From assembly GCA_963737155.1 (NCBI GenBank), contig CAVTRN010000002.1, positions 1,856,001 through 1,920,000 on the forward strand: a stretch of 64,000 nt of DNA, given 5' to 3'. Numbering within the stretch: the stretch's first letter is position 1; the number at the start of each line of letters is the position of its first letter. This document shows, piece by piece, positions 50,823-60,869 of the stretch. The DNA is from Nitrospirota bacterium. GTDB taxonomy: Bacteria; Nitrospirota; UBA9217. The translations under genes were made by a program, and so were the position numbers. The notes under the pieces are model-generated. The model ran no database searches and was not told the origin of the DNA. It worked only from the letters and a program-made list of their open reading frames with translations.

Positions 50823-51110
50823 ATGAGAAAAGAGATCGTTCACGATGAGGTTGTGCCATATGACCGGGTGGATGAAGAAATAAGGCTCTTTCTCTAGGAA
50901 TGGCAAAAGAGTATGGGAAATATGAATAGGATTATCCGTGCGGCGATTACAAGCGTGGTGCGTCACGATTCATCCGTTCGAGGATGGTGACAGGCGCAGA
51001 GCCAGAGTGCTCACCGATATGCCCCTTGCCAAGGATGACAAATAATCGCAACGCTATTATAGCCTATCTCGTAAATTAATATTGATAGACAATCGTATTA
51101 TAAGGAGGCA
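50823..51110 (+). pseudogene. Fic-domain protein remnant
   Basis: TIHPFEDGDRRRARVLTDM at 50965 (degenerate HPFxDGNGR) followed by RYYSLS; internal stops and frameshift. Confidence 0.65.
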
Positions 51111-51236
51111 TCCGGATTTTACTATGGCGCTTTCACAGTGCATCTACTAAGCGCTTGGCTTTATTAAATCTACTTTTACAAATTCTTCAAATTGTGCTAT
51201 AAACTCGTATAATTATCGAGAACAGGGAGGCTGAGC

Positions 51237-51812
51237 ATGAAAGTTATTGCATTCAACGGTAGCGCGCGAAAAGAAGGGAATACCTCAATTCTTCTGAATC
51301 TCATCTTCGATGAACTTAAAGCCGAGGGAATCGAGACAGAGCTTTATTCTCTTGCAGGAAAACCGGTCCAGGGCTGCATCGCCTGTTTTAAATGTTTTGA
51401 AAAGAAGAATATGCGCTGTAATGTGGACAAAGACGTCATCAATGAGTGCATTCAGAAAATGATTGAGGCGGACGGTATCCTGTTGGGCTCACCAACATAT
51501 TTTGCTGATGTGACAGCGAGCATGAAGGCACTAATTGAACGATGCGGCATGGTCGGGCGCGCGAACAACGGATTGTACAGGCGCAAAGTGGGTGCGGCCG
51601 TAGTTGCGGTTAGGCGCGCCGGTGGGATTCATGTTTTTAACTCACTCAACTATTTTTTCTCCATCAATGAGATGATCATTCCTGGTTCAAGCTACTGGAA
51701 TATTGGCATCGGGCGCCAACCGGGCGAGGTGAACAATGACGCAGAAGGCGTTCAGACCATGAAGAATCTGGGCAAAAACATGGCCTGGTTGATGAAGAAA
51801 ATCAAGGAGTAG
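51237..51812 (+). CDS. Flavodoxin-like iron-sulfur flavoprotein (Isf/WrbA family)
   Basis: NGSARKEGNT, CIACFKC...C, GSPTYF, RRAGG. Confidence 0.9.
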   Translation: MKVIAFNGSARKEGNTSILLNLIFDELKAEGIETELYSLAGKPVQGCIACFKCFEKKNMRCNVDKDVINECIQKMIEADGILLGSPTYFADVTASMKALIERCGMVGRANNGLYRRKVGAAVVAVRRAGGIHVFNSLNYFFSINEMIIPGSSYWNIGIGRQPGEVNNDAEGVQTMKNLGKNMAWLMKKIKE

Positions 51813-51912
51813 ATTCCTTGTCGCACTTCCCTGATTGATATAAGCGTACAATAAATTGTGACGATATCGTAAAATTATCCCCCTAAAACAACAAATTATC
51901 CCATCAAATTTC

Positions 51913-51940
51913 TTGACAGAGAGGGGCACTCTCATATAAT
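51913..51940 (+). promoter_or_regulatory. Sigma70-type promoter
   Basis: TTGACA-16 nt-TATAAT about 320 nt upstream of the SPFH gene. Confidence 0.5.
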
Positions 51941-52258
51941 CAACTCATCCGTCTATAGAAAGAATTACCCACCAATTATGCACACAAACCTTCAACTAGT
52001 TATTCAACAGATCCCGAAACCGTAAGAGGCGACAGATCTTAGAAATTATGAAATCGCATCAGTAAATTGAAATACATCACAATGGGTAAAGAGAAGATAT
52101 ATTGGCACAAAATTCTGCTCACGTAGGTGAAGGTCACATCTTGGCGCTTTAGACCGATCGCTTACAGCCCCATCTGAGCTTGAAGCTAGGCTCTCTATCT
52201 CACTGGAGCAAGTATTCTAATCCCGAATAGCATTGAGAAATAAAAAGGAGAAATACCA

Positions 52259-54136
52259 ATGATGACAGTAATGATGGGAGGGATTATCTTATGTTTAGTT
52301 GTTATTATTGTTCTGCTAGTTATCCTTAGAGGTTTTTGTTTGATTGGGGCCAATCAAGTTGGCATCCTTACTAAAAACATGTTTGGCAAAAAAATGCCTG
52401 CAGGACAAATAATCGCGCGCCACGGAGAAATAGGGGTTCAGGCGATGACTTTAATGCCGGGGCTCTACTGGAGGTTCCCTATAATCTGGTCATTTACCAA
52501 AGTTCCGGTTGAAACAGTAGGTATTACCAGTGTCGGTATTGTCGAATCTATTGACGGTGAACCACTACCTAAAGGTAGAGTATTAGCCGATGAAGTTGAG
52601 TGCAATCAATTTCAAGACGCAGAGATGTTTTTAGCCAATCATGGAAAGAAGGGACCTCAGGTTGGAATTCTACGTCCAGGCACCTACCGGATCAATTCTA
52701 GACTGTTCAATATTACCAAGGCCCCTGCGGTAAAAATAGATGAGAATACCATTGGTATAGCCGTCGCCAAAGATGGCATTCCCCTACCGACTGGCTATGT
52801 CATCGCTCCGAAGGCGCTTAATGATAACGGTACCGAAGCAGACCACAAATCTTATCAAAATGGTCAGCTCTTTATCGATAGCAAAGGATACCGGGGCCCG
52901 CAGTTGGATACCCTGCAGCCCGGAATATATTTCATCAACCCGAACTTATTTGATATTAAAGTCGAAGATGTAGCCGAAGTCCTTCCAGGATATGCGGCAG
53001 TAATCAGGTCTAATGTGGGGTTGGAGCTGGAGAGGACACCGGTAGGGCCCGAGCTAACTACCAAAGAAGGAAAACTCGGTGGTCCGATTCATGAAGATGT
53101 TGAGAAAATTTTGATAACCGATAAATATACCCGCGGCATTTGGAGAGAGCCGGTTGCACCGGGTAAATACAATCTAAATGCGATTGCTTTCACGGCCTAT
53201 CAAGTGCCTACTTCCGCCGTCACCATCGATTGGGCAAGTGAGGGAAAAATCGGGACAGAGGTAAAGGGAGTTAAACCAACGGAAGCTAAGGCTGCGGGGG
53301 TCCTGTACAGTTTTGATCCCTTGAAGGTGACTTCTAAAGATGGTTTTCAATTGGAAGTCAATGTTCGAATGGTGATTCGAATTCAACCGGGGAATGCGGC
53401 CTACATCATAGCTAGATTCGGTTCAGTGGCTAATCTAATTGATCAAATCGTACATCCGCTGATCGATTCATCTTTCAGGAATAAAGCCGGAGAGAAAAAA
53501 GCGATTGACTTTTTCCAAAGCCGGACGGACTTGCAGACCGAAGCATTGGCGCACGCCAAAGAAAGATTTTCTGAGTACAACGTAGAGGCTCAAAACTTGC
53601 TCATTGCTTATATCGATATACCTAAAGATTTGTTGGATACTCAAACCAAGAAAGAGATTGCCAATCAACAACAAGCCCAGTATGACCAAGAGGCACTGGC
53701 TCAAGAAAAACGCATTGCGGTTATGGAGAAATCGTCCAGGGCGGATAAACAAAAAGATGTTATTGACGCCAAATTATCTATAGACATCAATAATGATAGG
53801 GCTGAGGCCACGGTTAAAGAAGCTGACGGAAAAAGACGCTCTGTGATTCTCCAAGCTCAAGGGACTAAAGAAGCCACAATACTAGTGGCTGATGGCAATT
53901 CTTACAAAAGCAAGATTGAGGGCGATGGTGTTGCCGCTGCTTACAACGCTCAAAAAGAGGCCATTGGTCAGCAGAATGTAGCAATAATAAAACTTATACA
54001 GGAGATAGCGGCTGGTAAGATTCAGATTGTGCCCCAGGTTCTGGTTGGGGGTGGGGAAGGCTCAGCGAGCGGCAACCTATTCAATGCATGGTTATCTCAA
54101 ATGATTTCTCAAAACGCACCGAAAAATGAGGGATAA
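52259..54136 (+). CDS. SPFH/flotillin-like membrane protein
   Basis: N-terminal TM helix, repeated GxQxxxLxPGxY units, SKDGFQLEV SPFH core, Ala/Glu-rich coiled coil; AAGGAG RBS. Confidence 0.85.
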   Translation: MMTVMMGGIILCLVVIIVLLVILRGFCLIGANQVGILTKNMFGKKMPAGQIIARHGEIGVQAMTLMPGLYWRFPIIWSFTKVPVETVGITSVGIVESIDGEPLPKGRVLADEVECNQFQDAEMFLANHGKKGPQVGILRPGTYRINSRLFNITKAPAVKIDENTIGIAVAKDGIPLPTGYVIAPKALNDNGTEADHKSYQNGQLFIDSKGYRGPQLDTLQPGIYFINPNLFDIKVEDVAEVLPGYAAVIRSNVGLELERTPVGPELTTKEGKLGGPIHEDVEKILITDKYTRGIWREPVAPGKYNLNAIAFTAYQVPTSAVTIDWASEGKIGTEVKGVKPTEAKAAGVLYSFDPLKVTSKDGFQLEVNVRMVIRIQPGNAAYIIARFGSVANLIDQIVHPLIDSSFRNKAGEKKAIDFFQSRTDLQTEALAHAKERFSEYNVEAQNLLIAYIDIPKDLLDTQTKKEIANQQQAQYDQEALAQEKRIAVMEKSSRADKQKDVIDAKLSIDINNDRAEATVKEADGKRRSVILQAQGTKEATILVADGNSYKSKIEGDGVAAAYNAQKEAIGQQNVAIIKLIQEIAAGKIQIVPQVLVGGGEGSASGNLFNAWLSQMISQNAPKNEG

Positions 54137-55482
54137 TAGATAAAAGCTATTGAATAATCTGAGCTGGCAACGGGTACGCTCTTGAAATATTGAAATGTGA
54201 TTGAGTGCAAAACCCCATATGACCGTCCATCGAGACAATGTAGTCGACGTCTTACTGCCGCGGCTGATATTGATGTAGTATATTCCGTCCTGTATATACA
54301 GTCTATTCGGACTATCCTGATTACACAGTAGTAGGTAGCCATAAGACTTATTTTTTTCTGAGTAAAGGATTCTAATCAAACTATACATTGCTGGGTCATT
54401 CTTGTAACTGTAGATGTTCCAATCGTTCCCATTCTTAGAGTATCAACTACTTATAAGGAGGTTGTCAAGTTTTTCAGAGATCACCTGTTAAAGCCGTGGT
54501 TGTGTTGCTGCTTCACCTCGGGTTCCCTTTTCCCATCCTCTTTTATTCTTCGAGCCTTTTGCTCAACTTACTTTATTCAGGTTAACGGGGTGGTGCAGGC
54601 CAAGCTGAATCTTGCAAGCCACATTGTGCCTAGATTAAAAAACGGCCCTCCTTCCGCCACAACCACTCAACAATTATATCATTTATGCTGCAAGAGCAAA
54701 GCTTACCGTATCTTGAAACTCTCGCCTGTTTCTCAGAAGGGCAAATATCAATTTGATCAGCTTTATGGCAACAGCGCATAGGGCTTCTTTCTAAAATCAA
54801 TCACAGATTCTGCTGACGAACCGAAATTCTGCATGTTTCAATTAGACTTAACTATCGAAAAGCTGAGGGATTTCCACCATTACATATGACATCGTATGCA
54901 CTGCTGCTATTACAAGGAGGTCGAAGGGATTCTACTGGAAGATACTGAGAATTACAGTTTGAAACGCGATGAATTTCAAAAACGGAAAGTCCAACGGCTT
55001 CGGAAGAATATTGTAATTTCAATAAAATGAACCTGTCAAAGCCTACAGGACGTACTTAGAGCTTTCCTGCATTTTATTCGCACATACTTCTTCTTTAGTA
55101 CATACACTGTCAGAAGGAGAACAGCGCCGTGACCGCAAGTGCTTAGATGACAACGTTCAGGACATCTTTAACTCAAAAAACACTCACAACATCGTTTAAT
55201 CGCGTATTAGCAAACAATTAGCTAACTGATGTAACGATCAGTTTTAAGCAGTGTTAACAAGGCTATAATAACCTACTCAGCATTCAGCACCAGGTGCTAA
55301 ATGCTTGAAGGTAAACGAAGTCCTGAGTATAAAATCAGTAAACGATGTCCGGAACGTTATCACTTAGATGATAGCGCGGATATGTGATGTTTGTGCGACT
55401 CAGCCTACCCACGCTGAAAAATCCCGACTGACATAAGCCATTTACGAGAGCTGCCCCATACGTTGCCGTTGCGTTTATTATA

Positions 55483-56223
55483 TCAAGGGGAAACCCGACG
55501 CCGGTTAAAGCTCCTCAAGTTCTTTTTTAGCCTTACATGCTGCTGCTCTTTTCGGTCTTTGTTAACACTGTCTGTATCCTCCAAGTTTCGTTCGGCCAAT
55601 AGCCGCACCCCGACTATTGAAATCCATGCTGAAGTAACTACAGCCACCCCAAGAACGGGGAAACCAGTGTAAGCAGCCTCGGCAATGCCCAGGAGGACGG
55701 GCAATGCGATAGCGGCCACTCCGGTCGCCACGCAGTAGGCCGCCCATCCCCACTGCCGTACGGAAGCGAACCGTCTGCCGAATACGAAGCAGGCCACTGC
55801 CAGCGAGGATATTGCCACGAATAAGGCCATGTTGTGCACCCTGGCGTGCAAGCTCATTACGGGGAGGATGCCTTCAGGAGCTCCAGGTGGAAAGCCCAAT
55901 CCCGGTTCGGTGGGAAAAACTCCAACAAGGATCAGACAAAGCCCGGAGGTGCCGACCAGCCATGGTCCCGGTCCCCAGTTCCCGCCGCGGCCTGGATGAA
56001 GTGGTCGCCACATCCCGACGGCGTAAGCGATGACCAGCAGTCCAGACAACACGAAGTTCGTGATCTGAATCCAACATAGGTCTCCGAGGCTGAGCATGCT
56101 TAACGGGTGACGTGTAAGGTCGAACCCCTGGCGGGATAGCGCCTGGATCAGAGATACGCCGATGAACAGGGGACCAGCCAAAACGCCGCAGGACAATAGT
56201 CCTCTTGTCGCCTCAGTGGTCAT
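55483..56223 (-). CDS. DUF998 family membrane protein
   Basis: GFDLTRHPLSMLSLG..WIQITNF, GVFPT.PG.GFPPG; start placed at ATG 56223. Confidence 0.75.
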   Translation of the reverse strand: MTTEATRGLLSCGVLAGPLFIGVSLIQALSRQGFDLTRHPLSMLSLGDLCWIQITNFVLSGLLVIAYAVGMWRPLHPGRGGNWGPGPWLVGTSGLCLILVGVFPTEPGLGFPPGAPEGILPVMSLHARVHNMALFVAISSLAVACFVFGRRFASVRQWGWAAYCVATGVAAIALPVLLGIAEAAYTGFPVLGVAVVTSAWISIVGVRLLAERNLEDTDSVNKDRKEQQHVRLKKNLRSFNRRRVSP

Positions 56224-56589
56224 CTCGTCACGCCGCGTGCCCGAACCTGCGGTGCTGTGTCTAATGTTAGTTTTTGTCTGGAGCGAATTTTTCCGGATCA
56301 TAGAGGACCATTCATATACTCTATGCATTTCTTTTAGCCGCTTCAGGATTCAGCGTAGGTAGCCCCAAGATGTAGCTTCATCCTACTGAGACCTCAGGAT
56401 AGTTTAACCCATTGAGAATGCAGGCTTATTATTCTTAACGGCCCGATTTTGTGACTCATATCCCAGCTATATTTAGGGGTTAGCTATACTGTTCCGGAAG
56501 GACCTTCTATTTTAAAAATACTATCGTCCTTTCTGGTTGTCAAGGTAGAGGTCATCCATTTTGGTATGGCTATTTATAGAGTATTGTTG

Positions 56590-57260
56590 GCGTTCCGTTA
56601 TCTGATTCGGATGCGAAGATCGCTCGGGAAAAAGCATGAATCTCTTCTTTGATTGGCTCGGATCAGCCAAAATCAAGCATGTTCGACTCGCTATGATGGA
56701 CATGTGGAGGCCGTATGAAAAGTCCACACAAGAAAGCACCGCAAGCGGCCATTCTCTATGATAAGTTCCATGTCACAAGGCACTTGAACGAAGCTTCGGA
56801 CAAAATTAGAAAGAGCGAATACGCTAGACCGACCAGCAACAATCGCAAGTTCATCAATGGTCAGAAATATTCGCTCCTCTCGCACCGCGAGAACCTCACG
56901 ACGGATGGGAGAAGATCTTTAAAGACGCTTTTGAATTCCAACAAGCGACTGAACACTGCCTATATACTCAAGGAGAGTTTGAGCAGCTCTGGGATTATCA
57001 ACCAGAAGCCTGGGCCAAAAAGTTCTTTGACAACTGGAAGAATTCGTTAAAGTGGCAACGCCTCAAGCCCTATGTAAAGTTCGCCGAGATGGTTGAACGT
57101 CATTGGGATGGTATTGCCTCCTTCTGCAAACCCGAGAACAAAGTCGCAATCGGCTTTGTCGAGGGCTTAAATAACAAGATCAGGGTGATTCAGCGTCGAG
57201 CCTAGTCACAGGAGGTTTTCTTTACCCAAAAGTTTGCCGACTGTGGAAGCATAAAATTGA
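56590..57260 (+). pseudogene. ISL3-family transposase remnant (3' half, several frameshifts)
   Basis: MDMWRPY, AILYDKFHV, TAYILKE, HWDGIA, GFVEGLNNKIRVIQRRA spread across frames. Confidence 0.85.
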
Positions 57261-57709
57261 CGATAAACTAGTTTCTTTGAAATAACAGTTGGAACTGACG
57301 AAACTGCCTCTGCTCCCTGTGCATTATGTACGGCTTCAAGAGGTTATGATGAAGTGACGGGATTGGGTGTTCTCAATGTTACCAACTTGCTGAGTTTTTT
57401 GAATTAAAAGATGCATGGTAATATTGTGCATATTTTGTGGCAATGTATTTAAAATTGATAGAAAAAATAAAGTTTTTGAATAACTTTACGATAAGAATAT
57501 AAATAGATTTGGAATTTATTTTAATTGGTTCTTATGCTGCCGAATCAAGAGATGTAATTTGTGATGTTATATTTTTTTAAATTATATCACTACTGTTGGG
57601 AGAATATTCTATTGAATTTGAAAATAATTACAATTTTGACGGTTAAATAACAGAAGCATTATCTTCACCATGACAATTAGCAACATCCTAATTATTCGGG
57701 AGGTAGTAT

Positions 57710-59890
57710 ATGCTTCGGATCAATCGATTATTTGTCCCGGTATTACTTGTTTTGATGGTCTTTCTATTCGCAGCTGGCTGCACAAAGAGCAGCAGTAGCA
57801 ACACGGCAAGCGACGCGAACAATACGAACAACACGAACAACCCAACGAACAATTCGGTATCACAGGTTAGCGGGAACGTATCAGCCCCCAGCGGCATCGT
57901 TGCCATGAACCAAGAGACTGGCTGGCGGCGGTTCCTGGCTTGGCTATTGCCTAGTGAGGCCATAGCCTTATCTCCTGGAATATCGTCTGTCGGAAGCGGT
58001 GTAACCGTGAACCTCATCCAAATTGACAACACAGGCACTCAGGTTGGTTCTGTCCTTTCCACCACAACAACCGATTCTTCTGGTAATTATGTTCTTCAGG
58101 TGCCGACAGGTTTTGTGCCAGCGATCAACTATGTGGTGAGTGCCGAGGGGACGGGCGTCACTATCCAGTCGTTTGTAACCGGCACAACGGTTAATATAGA
58201 CCCATATACCCATACCACGGTGAAGTTGATAACGGGTTCCATCTCATCCGTAAGTACTGCAACCATCACCCAAGTAACTCCATCAGACGTGGCAGCCGTA
58301 CTTGAAACCGTGCTTGATTTTAGTACTTCCGTAACGACAACTGCACTAAGCGTTAGCTCGCTGGTGACAAACCTCCAGAATGTTGTCAATAATTCAGCAG
58401 ATTTCAGCCCTATCATTACAAGCCTTTCAAGTACTATCGGAATTAGCGGATCAGTAACCGATGATTCGAACAATCCTGTTCCTGGTATCTTGATTATGGT
58501 CGAGACATTCAATGACAGACTAATCCAGGCAATGGTCAGAACAGACTCCTTGGGTAATTATTCCGTCCGTGTCCCGGCAGGTGATTATGTAGTCGGTGCC
58601 GTCAACGATACCCCGACCAGTACTGTTGCCAGCACCTGGTGGACAAGCAACGGCGGCACCCCTGGGTTGTGGACCGCTGAAAAAATAACGGTTGGCAGCG
58701 AACAAATCACAAGGAATTTTACGCTGTCCGAGGGAGGGAGAATCAGTGGTACCGTCCTATCAGCAGATGGCAGCTCGCCGCTCCAAGGAATACATGTTGT
58801 TTTATCTGATTACGTCGATGGTTCTACATTAATGTATGTAATCACAAAGAGCGATGGCTCTTACAATATCAACGTGGCCCCGGGAGATTACTATATTTTT
58901 GCAAGAAACCTGACGCTACTCCCGTATGCCACTCAAATGTATAGCAGTACTCTGGGCAGCGCCGCATTGAACAAAACTCAGGCAGATAAAATCACGGCAA
59001 CGGAAGGGTCAATTATTGCTGCAAATATGAGTCTTGTAAGCGGCGTAAATTTAAGTGGACTGGTAACTGATCCAGGAACAGGTCCGGTCCCAGGTAGAAA
59101 CATGCGGCTTTCTGATTCAAATGATGTTTATGCGGGTGCATGGCGGACGAACAACGATGGAACATACCAGGTCTGGTTGCAGCCTGGAAAATACACGATC
59201 AGGACCTATGGTCAGATTACCACATTTGACCTTTCGACAAGCCAAAGCATAACATTTAATGCTGCGGTGGGCGAATATACCGGTTATCTGCATGATACCG
59301 ACGGAAACCCAGTAGGGCAGGCTTTTATATATGCCTATAATGTATTGGAAAAATCTCCCGTGATCATTGGTACAATGACCTATGAAGCATCCAGCGGGGA
59401 TGGCAGTTTTAAAATATGGACCCCCCTTGGCAATAGCTCTATATTCCTGTTCAGGAATGACGATGATCTGCCAGACGCTACTTTTGTATATACCAATGCC
59501 ACAAATACCATCGTTCCGCTCATCTCTGGCGCAACTTTTACATCCACATCATCACCTACCAATCTAGGAACTATAACAATGCCTGCAGGAGTATTTGTGC
59601 GGGGAGTTGTAACTGATAGCAATAACAACCCGCGCGCAGGCATCTCTATCCAGGTCCGTGTCGGCGGAACGTCAGGTGCTTATCACTTATCAAATGTTCA
59701 AACCATGAGTGATGGCTCATATGCCATGAATCTGCCCGCAGGTGCAACTATGGCGCGTATTTGTGCTTACTTAACAAATATGAGTTGTCCAGGCGTCAGT
59801 TCTGCATCAACCGGCACCTATTATAATTATTCGGATAATGTAAATATGGGTACTGTAGGAACCACAACAACACTTAATTTTCAGTTTTAA
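57710..59890 (+). CDS. Large Ser/Thr-rich lipoprotein with repeated carboxypeptidase-regulatory-like (CnaB-type) beta domains
   Basis: Lipobox FAAG-C; repeats ISGxVxD...PxxG...TxxDGxY. Confidence 0.78.
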   Translation: MLRINRLFVPVLLVLMVFLFAAGCTKSSSSNTASDANNTNNTNNPTNNSVSQVSGNVSAPSGIVAMNQETGWRRFLAWLLPSEAIALSPGISSVGSGVTVNLIQIDNTGTQVGSVLSTTTTDSSGNYVLQVPTGFVPAINYVVSAEGTGVTIQSFVTGTTVNIDPYTHTTVKLITGSISSVSTATITQVTPSDVAAVLETVLDFSTSVTTTALSVSSLVTNLQNVVNNSADFSPIITSLSSTIGISGSVTDDSNNPVPGILIMVETFNDRLIQAMVRTDSLGNYSVRVPAGDYVVGAVNDTPTSTVASTWWTSNGGTPGLWTAEKITVGSEQITRNFTLSEGGRISGTVLSADGSSPLQGIHVVLSDYVDGSTLMYVITKSDGSYNINVAPGDYYIFARNLTLLPYATQMYSSTLGSAALNKTQADKITATEGSIIAANMSLVSGVNLSGLVTDPGTGPVPGRNMRLSDSNDVYAGAWRTNNDGTYQVWLQPGKYTIRTYGQITTFDLSTSQSITFNAAVGEYTGYLHDTDGNPVGQAFIYAYNVLEKSPVIIGTMTYEASSGDGSFKIWTPLGNSSIFLFRNDDDLPDATFVYTNATNTIVPLISGATFTSTSSPTNLGTITMPAGVFVRGVVTDSNNNPRAGISIQVRVGGTSGAYHLSNVQTMSDGSYAMNLPAGATMARICAYLTNMSCPGVSSASTGTYYNYSDNVNMGTVGTTTTLNFQF

Positions 59891-59903
59891 TAGTAAAATA
59901 AAA

Positions 59904-59933
59904 AGACTCGGCCATGAATAACTGGTCGGGTCT
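59904..59933 (+). terminator. Probable terminator hairpin
   Basis: AGACTCGGCCA / TGGTCGGGTCT stem after the stop codon. Confidence 0.55.
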
Positions 59934-60103
59934 CGTGTTGCAATATGATTAGGCTTCTAGGCGTTTTGATCCAGGTCATGCTTTCCGTGATCCAGCCAAA
60001 ACCGAAAGCGAAGGGGGCAAGGAAAATAATCAGGCGTGCAGCGCTCATCACCGTTTTAAGTTGTTGAAATAATTAAGTCCGGATGTTACCGTCGTTGACG
60101 TTG

Positions 60104-60256
60104 TGTTAATTTACCCATAAGATTGCCGCAGCTGGAAGCATAAGATAGCCGGAAAATGGCCTTTTAAGTACTTCTTTTTTCTTATTTTTATCCTATTGTG
60201 GAACCATAAGATTGCCGAAAGTGCAAATTGGAACCATAAGCCTGCCGAAAGTGCAA
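60104..60256 (+). repeat. IS21-like terminal remnant with four binding-site repeats
   Basis: Starts TGTT; four copies related to GGAACCATAAGATTGCCG, the last two in a 30-nt tandem. Confidence 0.55.
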
Positions 60257-60695
60257 TGCAGACTCCGATGGTGCAATATGTGCAGATTCCGGAAGACAGC
60301 AGACGTTCCGATTGAATCTTTCCACCTGATCCCATCCATTCCTTCCACCCAATCCGGTAAATCTACCAGTCATTCCGGCCGTCCTTCCAGAGAGAATAGC
60401 CTCTGTAGGTGATCACGTGATGTTGTTTGTATCGCGAATTTTATCATATAGCTTCATCTTTTAGAAATTCCACCAACTTCCTGGTTTATTGTTGTCAAGT
60501 ATTTTTGTAATAAAATAGCGTTTACTTGCTTTATGGTTTTGCTCTTGGTCACGAAAAGTATACCAGTAAGAGATATTCCTCCGAAGTGATGGTTTAAGAG
60601 GTCCTCAGTCCTTCGGGGCAAAAATTTTCTCTCACAAATGCCCCAGGATCGGTTTCCCACTGGCAGTCCATATCCTGATATCCCCCTAAACATTA

Positions 60696-60863
60696 ATCTT
60701 GCGCGGCACCTTGTCCAACCCTGGTAATTAGAGGGTCTCAAGAGAGCCCTGACCTTGCTTCATAGGGACAAAGGTGCAAGCGGGGATTATTGACTCTGTA
60801 CTGGAAGGTCGGTTTGGCCGCCTTAGTGGAAGGAGAGATATTTCCCCGCCTACACGCCAAGAT
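60696..60863 (-). ncRNA. Putative bridge/seek RNA of the IS110 element
   Basis: Closing stem enclosing two stem-loops, each with a large internal loop; G-U pairs work only on the minus strand. Confidence 0.6.
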
Positions 60864-60869
60864 TTTGAG

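Noticed and set aside
52102-52119. Sigma54 promoter TGGCAC...TGC before the SPFH gene
   Set aside because: GG to GC spacing is 11 nt rather than the required 10
54092-54388. Minus-strand ORF with a faint REP-associated tyrosine transposase-like segment (DGIYYINISRG)
   Set aside because: Only one short motif; no HUH or catalytic Tyr region found
55030-55055. AAAGCCTACAGG resembling part of a cyclic-dinucleotide (GEMM-I) riboswitch
   Set aside because: The preceding tetraloop stem and the rest of the consensus are absent
60199-60256. 30-nt tandem repeat as a mini CRISPR array
   Set aside because: Units are adjacent with no unique spacers, there are only two full copies, and no cas genes are present; it fits an IS end better
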